Assembly: GCA_002269645.1 (NCBI GenBank)
Contig: NIVC01003205.1
Span: 1 to 64,000, forward strand
DNA length: 64,000 bases
From: Macrostomum lignano
Taxonomy: Eukaryota
Direction: 5' to 3'
Shown: in pieces, positions 55,936 through 64,000 of the stretch
Layout: each line of letters opens with the position of its first letter
Numbering within the stretch: the stretch's first letter is position 1
Translations under genes and position numbers: made by a program
Notes under the pieces: model-generated
The model's input: only the letters and a program-made list of their open reading frames with translations
Database searches by the model: none
Told to the model about the DNA's origin: nothing

Positions 55936-57580
55936 TCGACGGACAAGAATGCTCAACCAAGCCTGTGAGTTTAGCTGGCGCACAGGGTAATATGTTGCTG
56001 CACCAATCCCTCGTCTAGTTGCTCTTATATGTACTCGTATCTGAGAGGTCTCTTGGGCTGCTTAGCATATAAAACTCCGTTGAGAGAATTATGCACACCT
56101 GCTAGCATCTGAGCGTTTTGCTTGAAGTATCCAACAATAGATTGAAAAGAGAATGAAAGAAAATCTTACCTGACTCTGAAAGACAGGCAACTCCCTCGCC
56201 TGAAAGCAATGTGGCGTGCCATATGAATGCAACCGTACTTTACGAGGCCTAACACCCTCGTCTGTAAAAACGAGGCAATGATAGTCTAAAAAGAAAACTA
56301 CTGCATCTAACTTGACTATATTGCGCGGTTTACCTAACCGTTAACTACATGTATGAGAATGCACTGAGCCTGGCCTGTAGATAGGGCTTTAATTAATAGA
56401 CAGTCCAGTTCACCTAATTAAATCTGTGACGATGTCACTTTCTTTCATACTTCTTTCCAATTTTGCGTCGTACGTGTAAAGCATATATCATCTCTTTCTA
56501 CATGTACATTGCACTTAAATTTAATCTTCTTATTTTATTTTTTATTAGCGTTGACGTATTTTTTGTTATACCGGATAATTCATAGAAATAGTTAGCAGTA
56601 AAACGTAAAACGTATATAAAACGTATTCAAATCTATTTACTCTCACTCTTGCTCTCTCTCGCGCTCATCCTTTCTGCACACCGCCTCATTTTGCAATACT
56701 ATTACGCTCCGCTCGTTGCTATCTTTAATGTTAGGAATGGATTATTTCGTTTGTTAATTTATTGAATAAACGATCGGCTTTCACACCATATCGGCATCGA
56801 TTCGTTCATATTATCAAATAATCGATCTAAATTCGTCACAAATCGACCTCGTGTTGGGTAGTATTCACAACTAAGTTCTTGGTCAAAGAATTACTGAAGC
56901 AAGGATCTGGACTTACAGTAGTACACTTGGAAAATTCAGGAAAATAGGCTGAAGGCCGATATTTGAAGCGAAATGAATGCATTATGGGATAGGAAGTTTG
57001 ATTTCATTTGAATCCCGGTTTAGTTTATACGTTTATTTTCATAGCGTGCGAATTCTGTTTAAGTATGCATTTTACAACATGTGCTCAGCCTCTCTGACTT
57101 CTGGGTCCTGTTGATTCTTCCTGGTATAAAAAGCTGTAATAAGCCATCGGGTGAGGGAGGCCAGTTACCTTCGTAATTCTTTGCTCAACGAGCGCTCTGA
57201 GATTGAGGATTAGTAATTAAAATAGCAGTGATTCACAGTTAAAGCTGTACCACTAGTGCCATGCACTCGGTTTTGCTTTGGTGTTGACGTGCGGAATTCA
57301 TTTGAAATTGTGAAATCGGTGACTCAAATACGCAATGTTTATTTTCGAGCTTTTCCCGCGCTTTAATAATGAGCACTTTGCTGTTAATCACTGCTCTGCA
57401 TGAGTATGGATCGGCTTGTATGCACATTTTCCCTATGTACCGAAGGTTTACTGCAAGTGTAATTTTTATCGTTTTATTGGTAGTGAGGAGCTGCAAGACT
57501 ACAGCTGTGAGGCAGACTGCATGGCACTGCAGCATTCAATGGGTCCGTCACCATGACCTGGTGCCGAAAGTCCAGCAGCC

Positions 57581-57952
57581 TCACTTTCTCCGCAAGCCCC
57601 AGCGCTTCCGGCGGCTGTTATTGCTTTTTCCGCCGCGACTGCGACGGCCTCCGCGCCGGTCTCGACCGTCGCCATCACTGCCGCGGCTCTGCTGCTGGTC
57701 CATTCGGACGGCAACCTTCATGATGGCGTAGTAGCATAGCCGGTTGCATCTCTCGTTATCCTCGCAGTCCTCCTCGCAGTCGGCTGGAACGCTTCCTGTC
57801 TGCATCATCAAGGCCAGCTTCATCATCGGCAAGTTCTCCCGTATGTCTGAATAGGCCACCGAGTTTCCAGGCGGGCAGTTGATGTTGTCTACAACGCACG
57901 GCCGTACGAACATGTCCATCTGGTCGTCAGTCAAGGCAGGACTCTGAGCAGC
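57581..57952 (-). CDS. Orphan terminal exon: Cys-rich segment followed by a basic Arg/Gly-rich tail
   Basis: Acceptor ttttcag|; GC3-rich frame ...RPCVVDNINCPPGN...DCEEDCEDNERCNRLCYY...RRGGRRSRGGKSNNSRRKRWGLRRK*. Confidence 0.45.
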   Translation of the reverse strand, partial: AAQSPALTDDQMDMFVRPCVVDNINCPPGNSVAYSDIRENLPMMKLALMMQTGSVPADCEEDCEDNERCNRLCYYAIMKVAVRMDQQQSRGSDGDGRDRRGGRRSRGGKSNNSRRKRWGLRRK

Positions 57953-58744
57953 CTGAAAAGTTCAGAAGTTGTATCTATACAACGCTATTTGGGCCTGAAT
58001 TTAATACGAACTTCGAATGCTAAGGCGAAGCCTTCATCACTAAGCTCTGAAACCTGCCAAAAAAGCAAGTAATCTACTATCTACTTGTGTAGATCGCAAT
58101 AACTATAAAAAATTGCTTACTTTCACAACTTTAAACATGTTATATGAAGCTAAATCTGTTTAATATAACAAAAGATGATCAAAACGAAAAAGGGCTGCTA
58201 CACAGAGGCTAAATGAAATAATCAATTCGGACTTACAGCTGTGGCAGCCAGCACCAGAATACTTATGAAAATTTTCATTGTAGCTTGTAAACACTTCGCT
58301 AGCTTGCATGAACAGATACGAGCCAACTGATTAAAAATTTACCCACAACAGGAATACTAACCATGTCTATATATATCCGAATTTAACTTCCTCCAATTAT
58401 CCCCACCGAGAACAGCTGATTGCAGGCTTGAGGTCAGTTGAGCTTCGATTATAATAGTTGCTTCACAACATGAAAGCCATCCGATGGTTTGGTTGGCAAG
58501 CTAATTACATATTTTTTAAACTCTCCACTCTGTTCATCGAGATGGGAATGAGACAAAGTTTTAGCTGTCTCCGGCTCGGCAACTGAACTTTGAGTTAGAA
58601 ATTGCAGTTTAATTTTGAGATGGTGGCAGCGCTAATTTTCCCTACGCAGCTTCAGCTGATCCGGTGAATCCCATTTAATCTAACCTAATAGCCCTAACTG
58701 GCCAATTCAGCTAATTCAGCTAGTAGCGAATAAATGTGAAGTAG

Positions 58745-59137
58745 AAAGTGACAGATGAAGGCCGAAGAGAGCAAGAACAAAACCTCGTCGAAGTGACAGA
58801 TGAAGGCCAAAGAGAGCAAGAACTGAACCCCGTAGAAGTGACAAACTGAACCCCGTAGAAGTGACAGATGAAGGCCAAAGAGCGCAAGAACTGAACCCCG
58901 TAGAAGTGACAAACTGAACCCCGTAGAAGTGACAGATGAAGGCCAAAGAGAGCAAGAACTGAACCCCGTCGAAGTGACAAACTGAACCCCGTAGAAGTGA
59001 CAGATGAAGGCCAAAGAGAGCAAGAACTGAACCCCGTCGAAGTGACAGATGAGGGCCAAAGAAAGCAAGAACTGAACCCCGTCGAAGTGACAGGTGAAAG
59101 CCAAAGAGAGCAAGATCTGAACCCCGTCGAAGTGACA
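58745..59137. repeat. Composite minisatellite of 45-bp and 23-bp related units
   Basis: aagtgacagatgaaggccaaagagagcaagaactgaaccccgtag interspersed with aagtgacaaactgaaccccgtag. Confidence 0.9.
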
Positions 59138-59804
59138 ATTACAAATGAAGACTAGAGAGAACAAACTCCGAACTCCGTTAAACGTTCAGGAAAGGATTCC
59201 TAAATAGAAAGTGCTTAACAATGAGAAGAAAGGATGCCATCGCATACACATCAAATAGTGACTACTTTGAGTAGGAACAAGCGCGCTGGTGTGCAGCGAT
59301 ATTCGGCACATGCAAAAGGTTTTAGGCGTCCCTTCATGTAAGGTATATATGTAAACCGATGCTTGTATTTATACATGTGCATGTAAATTATTGTAGTTTA
59401 AACTAGCAATTAAGCCCCCTTCGGTGGACCTTTACTACGCGTGTACCTAATTTACCCGTTGAAATTCTAGGTTGTACGATTATGAGATTTTCCCGCCAAA
59501 GTTTTCCTGCAGCGAAGTTTTTTTCCGCAGCGAAGTTTTCGTGTCGAGATTTTGTTGTCGATATTTGGCAGTTGACACACCAGTGATATGTACATCGCAT
59601 TCTTATTCTATGATTTCTGGAAGACGGCAGGAAAACTACTGGGGTTCCAGTGGATTCAGGGGCTCCAGAAGAGCGCCAAAGTATCGGAAAATATCGCGCT
59701 CCCAGTGTTCCATCGATAGACCAACCCAATGCTTACCTGTCAGCCAAGTTAACCATGTACTAACTTTAGACTCCTTACCTCAAGACCTATTAAACATTGT
59801 TATT

Positions 59805-60417
59805 GTATACTGTCCGTCAAAAGTTCCGGAACCCTTGCTACGATGTCTTCTAGCGGACATAATTTCAGTCCGTTTCAATTGTAACTTGATTCAAATGAAA
59901 GCTGCGGATCTCAGCTCCATGATGTGGTCAAGAAAAAGTTTATTCGAAGGAGCGCGTGTGAACAGGCCAGTGTTATGTACATAAAGGTTAGAGAAAAAAA
60001 GTGAGGAAAAGACAAACAAGCAATTGTTTTTTACTCTTTTTTACTCTCCCATGAAAGCTGACTGCACAAGAATCCATAAGAGCCTGTTGATTTCAACACA
60101 AGTTTTGGCCATAGACTAATGTTAGCCAGGCTGAACACTGCGCGCAAACCGATTCCTTCCCATGTGTGTTTGCTCCATAGACTCAGCAACCATAGACAAT
60201 TGCTTGTTTGTCTTTTCCTCACTTTTTTCTCTAACCTTTATGTAAATAACACTGGCCTGTTCACACGCGCTCCTTCGAATAAACTTTTTCTTGACCACAT
60301 CATGGAGCTGAGATCCGCAGCTTTCATTTGAATCAAGTTACAATTGAAACGGACTGAAATTATGTCCGCTAGAAGACATCGTAGCAAGGGTTCCGGAACT
60401 TTTGACGGACAGTATAC
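59805..60417. mobile_element. Foldback/MITE with ~222-bp inverted arms and a 168-bp spacer
   Basis: Arms 59805-60027 and 60196-60417 differ by one substitution and one indel. Ends (TA)TACTGTCC.../...GGACAGTA(TA) are consistent with a TA target (Tc1/mariner-like). Confidence 0.88.
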
Positions 60418-60610
60418 CATGACCTTTTTGCCTAGCGGGCACTCAGATCCCTTCAATACCATAGACTACATTTAAGCCCGCATGAATTGAAAAAAGTCTA
60501 AGTCAAAACTTTCATTTAATGCCCGCAAATTTTCGGGCAGTTTAACAGCAGTTTGACATATATTTTCAAAAGAACACGAGCGCGATATTCTCTGCATTAT
60601 TCCTTATGTA

Positions 60611-61478
60611 GCCTAGTTGGTATTTCGAGCTTTCAATAGATACGGAAATCAGGCTTGCGAGACTGAAACTTTTCTGTCTATGGTCGGCACTCGTTGGCAT
60701 AGCAGAGTTGAATCCTTGGGGCATCAATTTGATCATTCTAATCATATAACGTTAGATATCCAGTGCTATAACACAAGTCGTTTACTTATCATTGAGAAAA
60801 TCTAAAGCAGAACATTACTCTAAACAAATAAAAGCTTTAGCGTTGGATGTCGTCGAGTCAGGCTGGAATAAACCTCAGCATCTGCCGGTACCAGCCTCCG
60901 CATTTTGCAACGGTCACTTCACGGGTTGCGTCCTCTGCAACCCTCTGTAGGACAAGGATTCGCCACTCTCGTAGCAAATGACCATCAGGCGGAGTGTCTT
61001 GCAGTTTTGGTTGAGCCAGCTGGCATTTTATGGCTGCCTTCAGGCAGTCGTGCGCGTTCTCCACAGGATTGAGGAATGGCGAGCATGGAGGCCACCAGGC
61101 GCCAAGCGGGCTTAAATTGATCTGGGATTGCCACTCCATGATGAAAACGGGCTCCATCCATGATCACACAGAACTCCTCGCCATAAGGTACATCACCACG
61201 ACTCGTCACGCATTGCACCAGATTATTGATGGACGTCTGGAACCTGACTGCCGTCGTAGTCTCTCCGAGGATCATATGATGTAAAAACAAATTAAAAACA
61301 GGTTTCGCTGACAGTAAAAATGTGCATTGAATGCATAGAATGATCAAATTGATGTCCCCAGGATTAAATTGAACTCCGTTATACCAACGAGTGTCGACCA
61401 TAGACAGAAAATTTTCTGTCTCGGAAGCCTGATTTCCGTATCTATGATTAAATTGAAAGCTTGCAGTACCAAGTAGGC
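60611..61478 (-). mobile_element. Internally deleted Tc1/IS630-like DNA transposon
   Basis: Imperfect ~100-bp inverted repeats at 60611-60713 and 61368-61478; frameshifted DDE fragment FCVIMDGARFHH ... PPCSPFLNPVEN (61290-60858); N-terminus missing. Confidence 0.85.
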
Positions 61479-63024
61479 CGCAAAAATGAATACTAAATCA
61501 GCGTATAATAACTCGGAAACATGTCGATGCAATCATAAAACATAGAACAAATGTCAGTACTAAGATGCTTAAACTCATCAGTTATTCCACTTACATGTAG
61601 ATAAAACACTTGATTCCTTCCTTCTCCAGCTAAACAGTTGGCTCCCGCTGGCTCTCAGTCGCGGTGGTTGCAGACGCGACCTTAAACGCACTAGAAACAG
61701 ACAGTTTAGCAGCAGTAGAAGCTGACAGTTCAGCAGCCAGAAAAGTCTTCACTCTTCCAAGCATAGATCGCCGTCTGCTTCTCTGTTGACTGTACAGCAG
61801 AGGCCTTCTCCAAATTAGCAATCTAACTGAGGATAATCGGTCGCCCATTTGAGGTTAATCGGTCGTGGTGAGCATGAAGTCTTCGATTATGCTTGATTCG
61901 ATGGCTAGAAGTCCATCAAATTGCGAAATTGCCGTCCACAAACTCCACTTCATCGGTGCCTAATGCGGCTATCTCTCCTTCAAGAATGCCATTATAATTG
62001 ATCATTTTATTGCCTTCACATGTAAACTGTATATGCTGTACTGCAACGTGTTTCTAGACTGCTGTGCTGCATGACAAGCTTCGTTTTTATCAAATGAAAG
62101 TGTCTGTGGTTGACATCGTCCATGATTCCATAGCATATAAACGCAGAATTAAGGCAAAACAGGGGAGCTTGTGTTCAACCACGAAGTCAGAAAGACAAAA
62201 GCACTTTGACTCATATTTTTGTTTGATTAAAAAACTTGCCTAGTAAATTCCTGTTGCACAGCGCAAGTCGGAGGTCAAAAAATTATGAAGCCCGAATTTT
62301 TGCAATCTTCAAGCCCAGCCAGAGGAAAAAGAAAATTCCATGCTCAGAGGAAGACTTCCACTTGTATCTGCTAAAAGTGGCGCATCAGTTTGGAAAATTA
62401 CCCCGCACTTCCATGCGGCTGAGGGCGCTATGATTACAAAAAATCTTAAGTTGTGGGGACTTTTTGATTTTTAGATAAAAATATGAAGTCATGTGGTATT
62501 TACGGTAGAAAATGGGTTAGAAGTGTTTTCATTTTGGTAAAATTCTGCAGAAAACTTTTAAACGCTTTAAGTCGTCCAACATGAATCATACATTTGCATA
62601 CATTTGCTGCAGACTATCCATAAAATGGCCAAACTGTCGCAATTTCTGGGCTGAATATGAGCTTTGCCACCTAAAGCTGTGACTAACTCGTATGAATTTA
62701 AATTATAGCTGAAATTTGCATTATTTGCATTTATCTGACCCAATAAATACTTGTTATTCCCAGTTATTCCCATTAGTTTTACATGGCCTTTTATTTCAAA
62801 TCACTGAATTCATTGAATAATACGAGCCGTAGTTGCTAAAAAGTACAAAAAGATCTGAAATTTTTTTCTAATCAAATTTGACAATTTTATATTATATATT
62901 TATAGAGATTGAACTTTGGCAGTCTCGTTGACTAACTCAACGGCCTGGAGGGGGTTGGCTACAGTTGCTCTAATTTCAGGTGTGTAGCGCTCCTTTCAAG
63001 CGCACTAAAGAGTTGTCCAGCGAA

Positions 63025-63790
63025 TCACCTCTTTTGCAGCTGTATAACTGTGCTGTGTGCGTTCATGAACATTGCAGTGCTAATGCGCTTATTAAGTACA
63101 GGGCTTTGGCCCAGAGCGGGATTGTTTGTCTCGGTAACTAACTCGGTTACAGCTTTATTCTGGCCCACTTCCCGTAGCGGCTTTTTTTGCCAGGCATTTT
63201 CAAGAATGGCGCCATAGTGTGATCGAACCTGAACCCCCAATCTCTACAAGTCAGCCTTTGCCATGGGTGTGACACTTTTGGTCATTTATTAAGTCACCTT
63301 GAATCCGCCGTAGCGGTGCGCAGGTCTTTCCACCGCAGAGTATTGCTTTTCAGTTAGCGCGTGAAGGAAGGTTTACTAGTACCTTCCCAGCGGTTTATCA
63401 GTCAAGTTTGAATTCGGCACATTGGAATTTCCCCCTAAGGTAACGAACATTGTCCCCCACCATTCCAAGCCGGTGCTATAAATGGAGCCACTTTGCCAGG
63501 GCGGAGAGTTTGGAGAGCAGAATTTTGGCTTAGAACTCCGTCTCTTTTAGCCAACAAATTTCAAGCTCTACCCAACCAGAAATGGATCCGACCTCCGAAT
63601 CCCTGCGCGTTCGCCGGCTTCGCTGCCCTACGGTGCCATGCCTACTCTGTCTGTGCCCAGCGCTTCTGCTGCTCGAGCAGCAGATTCTGCTTGGCGCGCT
63701 GGCACTGCTTTGCTGTGCACTCCAGCTGACCCAGGCGAGGGCCCTCATCTTGGCGAGCACTGGCCTCGGCTCCGTGAAGGATCTGCGCTG
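63025..63790 (-). CDS. Possible exons of an unidentified gene (~63790-63570 and ~63228-63034)
   Basis: GC-rich open frames bounded by plausible AG/GT sites; no recognisable domain. Confidence 0.25.
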
Positions 63791-64000
63791 GGCTGTAAGC
63801 AAATTTCTCAACTCTGACGCGTGTTTGCATTTTGTAGCATTAAGAACACGCCAGGAATAGCTGTAGAACTATATTATGTAGATTTGGCTTCTCTAAAATG
63901 CACCCCACAAGCTACAGAAATGAGTGACATCTTCACTTGTATTTGTATTCCCAGGATAAATAGTTGCAGTTTCAATCAAGTTGGTTTTACGGCTTTATAA

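Noticed and set aside
58694-59164. Three overlapping repeat ORFs
   Set aside because: Products of the 45/23-bp minisatellite.
61630-61990. Possible Gypsy integrase C-terminal remnant (minus strand)
   Set aside because: Only vague residue resemblance, with stops and no diagnostic motif.

Overview
Eukaryotic, intron-containing animal DNA with no prokaryotic features. GC3-rich exons, Q-rich tracts, short introns and the repeat content suggest a free-living flatworm such as Macrostomum; this is inference and was not checked. Host genes: a 2-exon peptide-type class A GPCR (+); a long + strand gene in which a SUMO-like ubiquitin-fold domain appears spliced to a CYP7/CYP8-like cytochrome P450 domain lacking both the membrane anchor and the heme-ligating cysteine; a Rab26/37-like GTPase (-) with Thr in place of the catalytic Gln; a partial REEP5/DP1 gene (-); an intronless Cys-loop anion channel (+); TTLL10 polyglycylase (-); and several orphan exons. 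Mobile DNA: an apparently intact 4.47-kb Ngaro/PAT-type tyrosine-recombinase retrotransposon in an intron (9753-14218, -), a related solo-repeat remnant, an internally deleted Ty3/Gypsy element, a Penelope-like fragment with a hammerhead-like motif, MULE, hAT, Tc1/IS630 and LINE remnants, a foldback element, and at least eight minisatellites. The leading candidates for undescribed biology are (i) the Ngaro element's apparent three-way expression scheme (Gag; Gag-Pol via an A_AAA_AAC slippery site and a predicted three-stem pseudoknot; a spliced SAP-domain/recombinase fusion) and (ii) the SUMO-like/P450 pseudoenzyme fusion gene. All gene models were built by hand from splice consensus and phase matching; no database searches were run.
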